The notes under the pieces: model-generated
Database searches by the model: none
The model's input: only the letters and a program-made list of their open reading frames with translations
What the model was told of the DNA's origin: nothing
Shown here: in pieces, positions 24,342 through 37,013 of the stretch
Layout: each line of letters begins with the position of its first letter
Position numbering within the stretch: position 1 is the stretch's first letter
NCBI GenBank assembly: GCA_010405405.1
Contig: MU004239.1
Coordinates: 744,001 to 808,000 of the forward strand
DNA from: Microthyrium microscopicum
Lineage: Eukaryota
Length of the DNA: 64,000 nt
Direction: 5' to 3'
Made by a program: the position numbers and the translations under genes

Positions 24342-25932
24342 CTTCTACAGACTTACTTGTCAAGGGAATGGGCTCCTCAGGAAGAATTTCAATGCTGTCG
24401 TAAAGGCAAGATGCGTTGTCAGCTTCACGAAACGCGAAATCGCTCCAACTTAATCTCGTATATCAGACATCTAAGGCTTAGCGTGACATATCTGTGAGCT
24501 TGATCGATAGCCTCAAGGCTTTTACTGGGAGTCTCTCGATTCGGTACGCTCAGTTCATGAGATGGCGTGGTCTTGAACCTGATTACCGCCCACCTCAGTG
24601 GAACAACGTGGGATCGATATACGTTATTCAAGAGGACATCTACCCCCAGAGCGCCAATACGAGTCAATGTTTTATCGAATTGAAACTGTCATAACCGGCA
24701 AGTGCATCATACCACTTCTCGTGGTTGTATAGGTAGGTAGGTAGGTATTGAACAGTTCATCTTGCAAGTCCAACATCTGACTTCATGGCAAGCGACATGC
24801 TATTCAGCTATGCTGTAGATCGACACTACTCAACTAGGTATCTTGTAGGTCGATACTTAGCGCTGATTTAACATCTCTATCGAGTCCTGCTAGTCTTACC
24901 TGGTAGTTCTTCCATGCGACATCCTCTTTTATGTCACCTTTTCCAGAACTTTGCTCCAGCTGTAGTGTCATCTACGTCGTATTTAGCGCCCAACAACAGG
25001 CATTTTACGGACTTGATCAAGTTGTGAAATCAATCCTAGAGCCCAAGGTATTACAAGATTCTTTAGGCCTGATCAGACTACTTAGCTCTATTAGATATCG
25101 TAAGCACTAAGTAGCGAGGGCAGCACAGTACCACTTCCCCAACAGTCTAGTCTGAGCACAGTGCGACCGCTTCATCCAATGAATCTCGATATGCGAATAA
25201 CTCCTTAACATATGAGACTACCTAAAAGTAGTCTCCACACGATTGATATCGAAGCCTGCAAGTTCGCGCATATAAAGGGACCACAACCTTCATTATACAG
25301 TAAGAACAACCAAACTTTCAAACCTCTCCATCCAGGTTACACATACGATCATGGCCATCATTCCCAATCTCATACTCATCCTCCCATTTCTTACTAGGCA
25401 TGTTTCAACAAGATCTCACAAAACGTAGCTAACAAGGCGTATCTAGTCTGACATACGCAGGCCAAAACTGCAAATGTCAGGCATCAAATGGTCAAGGTCC
25501 GCAATGGAACGATAAGACAGAGTCATGTTGTCAAGCAGGCCTCGAAACAACAAAAACGTGCATCTTTCCAGGAGCTCACTACCCGGGCCCGAATCACCAG
25601 GTTACCTTTCTATGCTCTTCTGCACTTGATAGAGCTGACTTTTGAGTAGTGCTCGGCTCAGAAAACGAATTGTCTCAACTCGGGGGCTTTTGTGAAATGC
25701 TGTCAAGATCTGGGTGCACCAAGTGCATTCTGTTGGGGGTAAAGCCGATACATACAGGCTGTGTATGAGGCTTTGTCGTTAGGTCGGTAGATAGCCACGA
25801 TTTGATGCTTGAACATGTTCGAGATCGTGCAATAGTTAGATCTGTCAAGATCCGACTTTCGTATATAAATTGAACTGACAAGTGTCTAAGCACTGGGGAA
25901 TCTGAAACATAAAAACACTCGCGTTCTCTGGC

Positions 25933-28600
25933 CTACATCAGCACGCACTTATCCCTATCCTCTCTCATTCCCACCGGCTGCTGCGGTCGCGCCCTTCCCA
26001 TACCACCCATCGGCCGGCTCATCCCCATACCGCCCCGTCCTCTACCAGACCCCGGTGCAGGCACCGGCGCGTTCGGGCTCGCAGGGTGATTGACCGGCGG
26101 CACCCATGCGGGCTGCGGCGCTGCTTGTTCATAGGTTGGAGGCGGCGGTTCTGCAGTCCCTGCCTCGGGATCGACACGGGGGCGTGGTGGTTGAGCTGGC
26201 GGCCGTTGTTGTTCTACGCGCTGCGGGCGAGGCGGCGGAGGACCGGTGACTGGTACATTGATGCGATTACCACCAGCACCTTGCACGCGGCCTTGACCTT
26301 CGAATACGGCATCGCGTTGGCGAGCTTCGTTTTCGCGACGGGCGCGTGCTTCTTCTTCTTCTTGAAGCTGGAGGGCGAGTGCCAAGTCGTGGTCTTCCTG
26401 TTCTGCGCGGGAGCGCTCAGATGGGTCAGCAACGGAGAGGTGCTCGAGTTGGGAGTCTAGATGGTTGGGCTGGGATTGGCGCCCACGTGAAGACCGAGAG
26501 GGTACTGTAGACCATTCGCCGCCCGAATCGCCGACATCGAGCATGCTGTTCATAGGCTGAGAGTTGCCCAGCGAGGATCCGCGATTGCCAGCGATCCCAG
26601 AGGAAGCGGCATGAGATACAGGTCTAAAGTCGCCGGAGAAAAGCTCAGAATCCTTGCCATTGATGTCAACAAGATTTTCCCAGATAATTTCATCGTGAGA
26701 GGCGTAGCCTGCGTCCGTCACCAGAGTCATGAGCTGGTTCGCTCTAGGCTCTTTATATATCATTGTAAAATGCTAAAAGGTATTAGCAAACAATGATTTC
26801 TTGAAAGAAAGGGGTATAGCTTACATCATTGCGGAACAGAATACTAAATGATCCGGGCTGTATGTTCTCGTGCAGAGTTTTCAAGCCATAATCAGTCAAT
26901 TGAGTCGGCCAATTTTGAAGAAAAGACTTGATTGTGGTGAGATCTTCAAACAGTTCTTGCTCTTGCGGGGTGAGTCCCGTCGAATTGAGCTTGTGGTCCA
27001 ACTCTTCCTCATGGAACTGGATATTCTGCGCTTCCTCAAAGTAGTTTGCACTGCGGGTAAAGGCCATATAAGTTGGGCTATCTCTAGGGGGCAACCAGCC
27101 ATGGACCAAAGGAATATTAAAGGTCTGGTATAGCTTCATCTCCTTGGTCTCCTCAAAGGCTCCAGCAGCAGTAGTTGGGCGCATAAGAGGATGTATCTCC
27201 CGAGATGCTCGATCAGGAACGAAGGTAAATCGTGGATTCACATTCATGCCGGTATGCAGCGCTCTCAAAAAGTCGTAGAGCTCCATAACATCTGGTATTT
27301 CTTGGCCTGAATCACCTCTTCTTCCTGAGGTAAGTTCATCAAATACTGATTCAATGAGGAGTCCTAATGAAACTTGTTCCCGTGTCTTCAATGTCTCGGC
27401 AAGTCCACTAGACTCATGCGCTGGAGTTGATAGAACTAGCGCGTTCACTAGCGCTAATAATGGACAGGGTCCATTCGCATTCTGAACAAGGATCGGAGAT
27501 GTACGCAGTTTATTAGACCTCGCATCGTACCACCGGATTTGTTTGATGGAGTAGTGTTCAGGGAGATTTCGTTGCGCCGATCGATTTCCGCTTGTTATGA
27601 CTGCAGGTCTCGGAGGAGTTGCGGGTGCTTGTTCTTCTTGTATGCCACTTGCTCGATGCGCTGCTTCTCCACGATGATACTCTTCTTCAGCCTGACGCAT
27701 CTGATCTTGGCGTTGGGCGCGTTCTACTGCTGCGGCTGCTTCAAGTTCCCTGCGTTCACGTTGTTGTCTCTCCCAATCTTTTTGTTCGTCCCAAGTTTTT
27801 GTGGGCGTCGCAATAGCATCTGATGGAAGTCGGTGCGCTCTGGATGATAGCGCATCTATTGAACTTATGTCTGCTCCAGGTTCCCACTGACTGGAAGCAT
27901 TTGACTCATGACGGGGGCCAAATGTTGAGGGTGATTCAGTATCCACTGGTATCAAAGGTGGTTGGGCATCGAACGGAGATGTAGGATTGAATCTAAATCG
28001 CCCATCCAATGGAGTATGTGTAGCAGGAAGTTCAACTGGACCGTTTGCGCCATCATCATAAGTAACCTGAACCGGTTGATGTGGCCTAGGACTACTTGTA
28101 ACGCCAAAGATCTGTTCACCCGTGTTCTGTTTTTGTATGAATGGATTTGCTTGTAGATGAGGGGGAGTGACTTGTTGAGGGAGCGAGATTTGGCTATTAT
28201 GTATTGAATTGCCAGTATGGGACAAGGGTAGTGAAACTTGTGAGGCGATCGCTTCGACGTTATCCGTTGATTTCTTCTTGATCACAGCTCCAGGTGGTGG
28301 TCCAGCCCTTAGAGATGATGGGAGTGCTGCTTTATCCTTTGATTGCGCGGTCTTTAGTGGGTCCGGAACATCTGGTTTGTTGGTGATCTCCCAATCTTCA
28401 TCATCGTCATCTTTATCCCAATCGTCCTCGCTGTCAGATTCGCGATGTTCAGATAAAGCTGTCTTTTGAGGATGTAAAGGGTTGTTGGAGAGTGGTACAG
28501 GCAACCGCGCTTGTTCGGAGGGGGAGAGTGGATATGGAGGGTTCGGAGCTCGAGGAGGTTGATTGGAGGAAGTGGTAGTATCGGGTGGAATGGTGACCAT
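25933..28600 (-). CDS. MINDY-family (DUF544) deubiquitinase with MIU motif and C-terminal CAAX, 2 exons
   Basis: QNANGPCPLLAL (catalytic Cys), PLVHGW, LFRND|HF across a GTAAGC intron, LVTDAGY..WENL, EDHDLALALQLQEEE (MIU), terminal CVLM. Confidence 0.93.
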
Positions 28601-30167
28601 CGTGACAAGGTGCGATTGCCGATATGTACAGTCGATCAAGCTGCTGAGTGGAGGTTCTTGAAATGTATAGGAGAGGTAAAGAGCTCGGCTGGGAGAGCTT
28701 ATAGAAAGCACGAGGCAGATAGGTCTTGGACCCCAACTCCAACCAGCAGGGCTTGTACGGTAAAAGGCGGAACAGGTTCGGTATTGTAGTATGAAGACAG
28801 CGGGCACCAAAGATAGGGATGACGACGTATGGGTGATTGCGCGGCGTCAACAGGCAAACGCCTAGTTAGTACCAATATTGCAACATTTGACGAAGTGAAG
28901 ATGCCCCGGTAGGTCGTGGTTGACTGAAGCCTTGAGATCTATGTGGCTGTACCGCATATCATTGATTGCGCTAAGCCTATTCAAGCTATGATATGTGGCC
29001 ACCCCTGTCGTTGCGCCACATCAGCCAGGTCGAAGGTTTACGTTTGGCTTACTCCATGTTTCTTATCAACTTCAACTTCAAGCAAGCTATATCAAGATCA
29101 TGGGTTGACAACCGAGGCTTGCCTTTATGCAATTTCGCAACCAAATCCCACTTTCAGTATCGCGTTGGACTTGTAAATCCGCAAGAGCCAATGGTACTCA
29201 TAAGCCTTTGATTCATATCGAAGCAGAATCAAGATAAGCTAAGCTGAAATGAATATATGTTGTAGCTTTTTCCTCAATAGACCTCTCAATTTGAGCATTA
29301 TTTGTCTTGATATCAGTCATACTTGGCTGACTTTAGGACGAAATTTTGAAGGCGTATGTCATATCATACACTAACGCTGCTTTGTCACTCAAATTCTCCG
29401 TCACTGAGTTTCCAATAGAGCTTAGAGCTTTCATAAAGCCAGTAACTTCTCTCCCTATCAGTATATATGTGCTACATAGTATCTACACGCCCAAATATGT
29501 AAGATTCGAAACCCTCATACATCCAAAATGAGGATTACCACGACAGGAATCTACCACTGCACGCCCACGTGCCCATCAAACCACCGCGCAGGCTATATAT
29601 ATGCTTAAAATCGGCAAATTCCTCCATAACCCTCAGGGGGCGAATATGATAGGCATATTCTGGTCAAACCTGAGGACTGAGGCATCAGGACAGTCACCAT
29701 AGAGGTCATTCGAAAGGACCTACGTTCAATTCCTTCACGGGGCTCTAACTTAGTTAAGCCCATCCTTCCTTCGTAAACTTCGATAGTAAAATCCATTCGA
29801 GGATTTTCGTAATACTCACCTCCTAATCCATCGGGATTAGGGGCTGGGTATGAGCTTTTGCATCTCGGGATTAGTGAGGGGTGCATGAATTCTTTTTGGT
29901 GGCTTGAGTAAGACACTGCGGTGAGGGGCTTTACAAATAGGTAGGGTTAGAATGGAAACGTATGTTTAACGTGTATGAAGGGTTCTCTGAGAGAATGACC
30001 ACATTGATCGAGGTCGATTTGGGATAAGAGAATATTATTTATATTTTGCAATGTCCTGCTCCCACTCTCACGTCTTGATATCCAAACACCCCACGATGAA
30101 AAGGTAGTTGTACAGAAATGAAAGAGTATCAAACGGGTTCCGGGTATTTCTGCATCCATATCTTGAC

Positions 30168-30756
30168 CTATTCAGTCTTTTCAGTTACCTCTGGCAAAGG
30201 AGCAGCATGTCGTCCCAAAGACTCGATCACTTTTTCTGCTGGAACATCTGCTGGTGGTGGAACCCAGACCTCGACACCATCGACAGTTCGGCGCCATCCC
30301 CAAAGAGCATCGTTGATACCGTCGGCGATTCCAGCACCAATTTCGCCCGCAATCGACGCACCGTTTCCGATCAAGCTACCAAGGAGATTTCCCTGGGCGT
30401 TGGCAAGGCCACTGAAAATTATTAGTGTCAGACGATAATCTCATGACCATTGCTCAGGATACAGCACAAGGGCTTGTCCAACGGGTGTGAAGAGCTTGGG
30501 GGAAAGAGTAGTTTTGAAGTGAATGACTTACCCAAGGAATCCACCAGCAGCATTGCCAATCAAACCACCGAGACCTGGGCCACCAAAACCGGGACCACCA
30601 AAACCGGGACCACCGAAACCACCACCTCTGAATCCTCCGCCTGTCAAGAGATAAGTATGGGGCTTATGTAAGCGTATGGTTCTACTAACCACGACCACCG
30701 CGTTGTGGCAGAGCAACAGCGACGGCTGCGAAGGTGAGAAGAGATGCGAGATGCAT
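30168..30756 (-). CDS. Small secreted glycine-rich protein, 3 exons
   Basis: MHLASLLTFAAVAVALPQ signal peptide; introns GTTAGT..CAG and GTAAGT..CTAAT..CAG; GFGGP repeats, then a Gly/Ala/Leu-rich segment and an acidic tail. Confidence 0.8.
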
Positions 30757-32024
30757 GATCAAAACAAGGTATGAGTTTAATGAGAGACTCGGTTACGAAG
30801 CGATGGATGTTTGTGACGGTTGTGAAAATATCACAAGTCTTATAGGGAATCGTGAAGGTTTATATACTTCAAGGTTTTGGTAACAGACAGGCGAACAGCT
30901 CACACCATCAAAGCAACGGACTAAACGTCGGCCGCAACTATAAGAGTTACGATCCACTATAATGACTTTACAACCACATTGGAAAGCGATCGCAAAGTCT
31001 CGCCTGCCAAGTGAATCCTTTGAACCAACTAAGTTGGGCTTCTTCGGTGTTACTTTGATATACGAAAGTGCACATTATCAGCTATGGGGGCCATCCAAAT
31101 ATATCGATACAGAGGGCTTTCGCATAGCGAAGCCATTAATTAACAGTTTATAGAGCCAAAAGTGTCAAACAACTCTCGAGATGTCTACGTGCAATCACCA
31201 TCAATTAACATGCTATTTTGTTATTGGCTAGATAGTTCGCAAGACAGTTCGGATGTGGTGGAAGAGAGCGGGGTCCCCATATTTAGCAATGTCAGGTACG
31301 AATTCAACGCACGGTTTGTACGTTCTTGCTACCATGTGGCCTAGGCTTTGTAATTCATATATGAAAGCGCTCAATTGACCAATGGCTTTCCAAAGGGAGC
31401 TGTCAATAATTGGAACCATATAGCACGATCTCGATCCTTGCCCTAACGTAAGAAGCGTCGTAGAGCCTACTACATGGGTTTGACGGTGGCACGATATATC
31501 CGTTAGAACTTCATACAAATGTCTAGAAAGCTAGTTTTGAGCTGTAAGGAGCATGCATACACGCTATTATAGATTAGCGAATGCGATCACATAGTAGTGT
31601 AAAGAAAGACGTGCTTTTAATCAATCAAAGCCATGAGCCCACGATCGGGGCTGAATTCCGGGGTAGATCTAGACAACTTGCCCTTGCTTATATCACTGGA
31701 ATGTCCCACTTGCAATTCGACGGAATCTGTCAAATTGTAGGTGTATTGCGCACGATCACACCAGCTCGCTCAACAACATCTTGGAGCGATAAGGCTGAGC
31801 TAGCTCGAAACGTACTAGTGCTTCGGCGCGGCCCGCTCATCCGTGGCTCTAACCAAGTTGAGGTCAGAGAAGAGTATTTCTGGACTTGTCCTTGGCTATT
31901 CATGTACTCCGCAAAGTGCATTCTACCTTGAGTACATAGGGGGAACCGGGAACGCTGAAATCGCGTTGCTAGGCACAAAAAGATTGCTGCAAATATTGTA
32001 TGTCATTAGACAAAGCAAATAGCT

Positions 32025-32039
32025 ACTTCCGGCGGAAGT
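32025..32039. promoter_or_regulatory. Palindrome ACTTCCG-G-CGGAAGT upstream of cyanamide hydratase; candidate Zn2Cys6 binding site
   Basis: Perfect 7-bp inverted arms containing everted CCG/CGG triplets, about 100 bp upstream of TATAAAAG at 32137. Confidence 0.4.
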
Positions 32040-32344
32040 TTTCGGCATTGGTCAGCCTGAGTGATCACCTTTTCTTCCTAAGTTGTTTTCTGTTTTTGAT
32101 TGTCTGGAAAGTTTGTTAGCTTGGAAGCTCGTCTGGTATAAAAGCAATGCTTAGAGTCAAATAAGTTGTGAGAGCCGTCCCTTCCATTTTTGGGTTTCGG
32201 TTGAAGTTGAACTTCCTTGCATTGATCACACCACCACCACTAACGTCATACGCCACGCAATCATCAAATCATCACAACAGAACTCATTCTTGAGAACTTC
32301 TAGGAAACATCCGTAGAAATTCATCTTGCTAAAGCTCTGCCAGT

Positions 32345-33173
32345 ATGCCTCACCACCATTCTCATGAACCCCACGGTCCCGACTACCACGGCTGGAACGC
32401 TGTGCCTCGAAATCTTGAGACCTTCTTGAAGGGAGTTGGCTCAATTGAGACCCTACCATATGAGATCGAAGACATAGATATTCCATCGTCAGCAGCATGC
32501 ATCAAGGTCATTGAGTATGCTCGAACCGAGCTTCCAGAGCCCACCTTCAACCACTCAATGAGAGTGTATTACTGGGGTACGTAAACCAAATCAACTATAC
32601 AACGAACTAAAACTCTTAGGAATGGCATTGATGAAAAACTACAATCCTTGGGAGCTGAAGAACACTGAAGGCCTGGCTGAATCGTTTCTGCTCTCATGCA
32701 TGCTTCACGATATCGGCACTGCCCCACAAAACATCAAATCAACCAGACTTTCATTCGAGCTCTGGGGAGCTATCAAGGCAAGGGAGCTTTTGCCCACTTT
32801 CGGAGCACATGAAGATCAGGCAGATCTTGTGGCTGAAGTCATCAACCGGCATCAAGACTTGGGCGAGCATGGCGCCGCTCCGGCTGTTCTTGGTCTGATC
32901 TATTTCGGTACTCTTTTTGGTAATTCCACATCTTATCCATAATCGTCTGTATGTGATTTCGACTGACAAGATGCAGATAACATTGGAGCAAATGCAAAGC
33001 TCATCCATCCATCAACTCTTGCAGCTGTGGTTAAGGAATTTCCAAGAATCAAGTGGACATCTTGCTTTGCTGCTACCATTCGCGAGGAAGTGGGAGCGAA
33101 ACCATGGGCACACACTACGGTGATTGACAAATTCGCCGAGACCGTTGAGGCAAATGCTCTGTTCTCTGAGTGA
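32345..33173 (+). CDS. Cyanamide hydratase (HD-domain; CAH/Ddi2-Ddi3 family), 3 exons
   Basis: GW.AVPR, TFNHSMRVYYWG, CMLHDIGT, RLSFELWGA, AEVINRHQD, FDNIG across an intron, FPR..W..CFA..IREE...KPWAHTT. Confidence 0.93.
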
Positions 33174-33823
33174 CCAACCACTCAAAGGATTGTATGCAGA
33201 TTAGGCATGATCAATCAAAACAGAGTCAATAAATTTATCTGAAGACATAAAGAGCCAAAATCAGTAAGCCGATCAAGCCAGCCTTTGCTGTACTTATCCG
33301 GCTAAACGCCAAGAGCAAGCACGGCAATACATTTCACAAGTAGCTGGTCTCTCATGATGCAATTAACTTGTGAAAGTACCCCATATTGCGAACATGGCGA
33401 CAGTACAATTTGGCTTAACAGGCTTGCTTTGACAGCCTTGTTGAAGCTTGTACAGAGAATCATCAAGTCCTTACTTCTGCATAAGTTAGGCCGCAGACCT
33501 GACCGCTACTCGAAAAAAAATTAGCTGCTAGTTAATCAATTTCTTAATCCTAAAGCTATAGTAAGTTGAAGTGCAACAAAAAAAATCTGAAAATTTCGAA
33601 TATTTGGCTGAGCAAGGCTGAACTTCATCCTCTGGGCCCTCCTAACAGGCCCCTTCCTTGCAAAACATCGCGTGAGCTGACAACGTACGTCATAGCCAAC
33701 CTCACGTCTTTATTTACTGTCGCGCAGGCTGCTAGTTTCCATTTTCAAACTGTTATATCGACCTCCAAACCCTCAAACCTCTCAAACAATACATCGAACC
33801 GTCAATATCCTACGCCCAACAAC

Positions 33824-34139
33824 ATGCCTGTCAATACTGAATCCGATGGAAAGGGAGGTATCTACACAATCTAGAACCGCCAAGATAAGCAGCCAATTGA
33901 TAACATGAACAGGATTGAAGGCCGCCGAAGAAAAGAAGGGAGGCAATGCCGTAACTGATACTATGGCACAGATGGCACACAAAGCCAACCCGGTATGTTA
34001 CTAACACAAGCTGTTATAAGTTGACGAGTACACAAGTACTAATACGGGTCAGGGTATTCATATCTCTGAGAACCTTCCAGAGAAGGCCAACAAAGAAGAC
34101 TTGGACAAGCGAATGGAAGAATTGAACAAAGACAAATGA
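33824..34139 (+). CDS. Small 66-aa hydrophilic protein, 3 exons; not in ORF track
   Basis: Exons 33824-33857, 33913-33992 and 34053-34139 join in frame: MPVNTESDGKGGLKAAEEKKGGNAVTDTMAQMAHKANPGIHISENLPEKANKEDLDKRMEELNKDK*. Confidence 0.8.
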
Positions 34140-34502
34140 GAAAATGTGTTGTACTGCTGACGATATGAATGAATACTCGACCTAAAGATCTATATATGTT
34201 TCCTTGCTGGTGACGGTTGTGATATAAATATGGTCAGTATATTGCTAATGGGCTTCACTTGCAGTTTCACATTTACGAAGAGCTATTGTGTTTGGGGTTG
34301 GGCAAAGCAATTTTTATTTATTTCACGTCCTTTAGACTACAAGATTGGGATTCGACCTGTTGCGGTCGATACATGAATTTTCTCCAGTGGATTACAAATG
34401 AAATGGAACCAAAAGAATGGACTAGCCGAGACGACTACGGAAAGAGCAGCAAAGAGTTTACTGCTCAGAAATTTGAGACTCTAGCAACCAAGTATTGATT
34501 GG

Positions 34503-35966
34503 TTAATGTCGACTACTTCTAGTGGAAGGTCGCCGAGAAGAACTGCGACGTTCGCTGCCGGGATTAGAGTTGGAGGCAGCGCGAGAAAGGGCCGCAGTTC
34601 CGCTGTGAGGATTGTGTCCACCTGCAGTTGGTTGACGCGAACTAGCTCGCGGTCGCATGGTGTGACTAGTGGCATTTGACTCTCGGCGGCTGGAGGTGGA
34701 TTCACCTTCACGACGAGAACTCCGAGACGACTCTCGGTGACTTGGGCCAGACTCACTTTCACGTCGAGATGCAGAACGGCGAGCGTTTTCTGCCGGTGTG
34801 TGTTGAGAGGAAGTGGATGTGCGACGGAACAGAGTATTGAAGCCCCGCTGGAGCATGCTGCCTCGGCCTAGCTGAACGCCTTCACCTTGGAAGTTTGCAG
34901 GAGCAGGAGCTTCATTTCGGTGAGAGCGTTGAGATGTTGAGCGTCGAGGGGCTGCGCCAGAAGCAGGGGCTGGAGCTTCATTGCGATGAGATCGGCGAGA
35001 AGTAGATGGGCGAGGAACTGCGCTAGGAACTGGAGCGCCATAAGCTCCAACACCAAGAGGACGACCGTAGTTGTCGAAGTTGCCAGGATGCGGTTGGTGT
35101 TGGGGCTGTTCAGCTTGTCGAGAACGACTAGAAGATCGAGAAACTCCGTGGGTGCTATGGCTGCGAGGTATACCTTGAGCCTGAGGTGCAGCATGAGCAG
35201 TTGGTGGTCGAGCATTGCCCCGAGTGCTTGGGGTACGTTGCATAGGATGAGCTGGAGCTGGCTGGCCCATAAAATGTGCAGTTGGGATTATCTCAACCTG
35301 TGGAATAACCACGGGGCCATATTCAGCTTCCATAGACGCATGATGTGGAGCGTTTCTGCCATAATTGTTCGCGGCTTCTTCTGTCACCACTTCAATCTCA
35401 TATTCAGCCATGAAGCGTTCCAGATCTCGTCCTGGCTCGAGTCTCATTCGTTCCTCCGTAACTGGGTGCAGATAGTCGAGTGCGTTCATGCTAGTGCAAT
35501 CTGCTATTAGATAATCCTGGACCGCGTTAGGTTCGCTATGCAATCTATACGCGATTTGAGGGGACCGAATGTGAGCAGGATTTGTCGGATCGTACGGTCC
35601 GAGACTAGCTGGAAGAGCTGGAACATGCATTGGAATGCCTCGACGGTATTGGTTTTGGTCGACAGCAGGATTAGCTCGAGCTGGGTGACGTCTGTTGAAA
35701 TCTTGCCAATAGGGATCTTGTCTATGGATGGCACGTTGCGTACGGAAGCCCATCTGATTTCCATGACCTGCCTGGTTGCCGTATTCAGGCTGGTTTCCGT
35801 ATTCAGGCTGGTTTCCATAGTTTTGCTGTTGGCCGTATCCGCCGTAACCTTGTTGTTGACCGTAACCACCGTTGCCGTAGTTTTGTGGTTGGCCATAACC
35901 GCCGCTGCCGTAGCCTTGCGGAGGGCCATAACCACCGTTGCCATTGCCCATACCGTTTGGGAACAT
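34503..35966 (-). CDS. Low-complexity orphan protein with N-terminal G/Y/Q/N prion-like repeats and an R/S-rich tail
   Basis: 487-aa uninterrupted ORF with AACATG start; internal coding repeats (YGNQPE x2, SHRNEAPAPA x2). Confidence 0.8.
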   Translation of the reverse strand: MFPNGMGNGNGGYGPPQGYGSGGYGQPQNYGNGGYGQQQGYGGYGQQQNYGNQPEYGNQPEYGNQAGHGNQMGFRTQRAIHRQDPYWQDFNRRHPARANPAVDQNQYRRGIPMHVPALPASLGPYDPTNPAHIRSPQIAYRLHSEPNAVQDYLIADCTSMNALDYLHPVTEERMRLEPGRDLERFMAEYEIEVVTEEAANNYGRNAPHHASMEAEYGPVVIPQVEIIPTAHFMGQPAPAHPMQRTPSTRGNARPPTAHAAPQAQGIPRSHSTHGVSRSSSRSRQAEQPQHQPHPGNFDNYGRPLGVGAYGAPVPSAVPRPSTSRRSHRNEAPAPASGAAPRRSTSQRSHRNEAPAPANFQGEGVQLGRGSMLQRGFNTLFRRTSTSSQHTPAENARRSASRRESESGPSHRESSRSSRREGESTSSRRESNATSHTMRPRASSRQPTAGGHNPHSGTAALSRAASNSNPGSERRSSSRRPSTRSSRH

Positions 35967-37013
35967 GTTAGATGGTCTACTTTTTGAGGGGTTGTTTTGG
36001 TTTGGGAAAGACAGATTGTGTTGTCTATAGGACGGGGTGTGTATGAAGAGCGGTGATGGTTTTTGATCTAGGTCTAAGACACATGGTTTATGTCTATAAA
36101 TTGGATTTCAGGAGGGTAAATTTATGACTCGACAATGGGATTGTTAAAGCACAATGTGCTTGGCATGAGGAAGAATCTCTTAGTCTTACATCGACTGCCT
36201 ATGGTAGAACAGTCTTTGTCCTGCTCATTGTTCATCAAGAAAGGTAACGACAATCTCTTCGGCTCAAGACAATGAGTGGGATGGTGACTTTGGCAGCCTT
36301 TATATGGCATCTTGAAGAGAGTCAGATTCGCAAGGCATTGGACTTGGACAAGATACCACCTAACCAGTTGACAAAATGAATGAAGCGCTCCCATTAACTA
36401 CCTATATGATGTGTCCCATCGCAGTTTGTGAAAACAAGATGCTTTGTTTGGCGGCTTCTTCGAGAGAAAATCGAAGGTGCTGCGGATTTAGGGGACGGTC
36501 AAGCACTTGATCCTAAAGCGTAGCAAATGTTATACATCGCACTTCATGAGACTGCGCCGATTATCTTGTCGTCTGGTCGGCAGCTTACAATTATTAGAAA
36601 CCTTTTCTACAAAGATATAGAACCATTTCCACAGTTACCGTTATGTCAATGAATGAAGTTGAAGCTCACTTCAATCCATCATTGCAGTATATTGGAGACG
36701 TTCATTCGGGCATAGGTCATTACTTCCTCTGAATCCTTAGATCTAGGCTGTAGTTCAAAAGAATCTTGATATCTTAGGTTTCGCTGAGTTAGAATTGGTT
36801 AATCCCATATATAAATAGCAGAAATCCATTGGGCGTCGTTTTCATTCTGTTTATATTGTTTTAACACTTACATTGATCAAATTTGACAGGATATAGTCTG
36901 AAGCAAAAGAAGATTTTATTACTACTAGATGAGGCGTCATTTGGGAGTTACATTGCTTGGAAAGTAAGGGTATAGGGAAAGGTTCATGTCTCGTTTCAAT
37001 CACCCGTAGAAGA

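Noticed and set aside
25933..25950. C-terminal CAAX box (CVLM) on the deubiquitinase
   Set aside because: Already known for MINDY-1/Miy1-type proteins, so not novel.
29605..29916. 103-aa minus-strand ORF
   Set aside because: GTG start, no motifs and no supported splice partners.
34868..35987. Several long alternative-frame and antisense ORFs over the prion-like gene (also over the MINDY, HET and SRP101 genes)
   Set aside because: Explained as shadow frames of low-complexity or codon-biased coding sequence.
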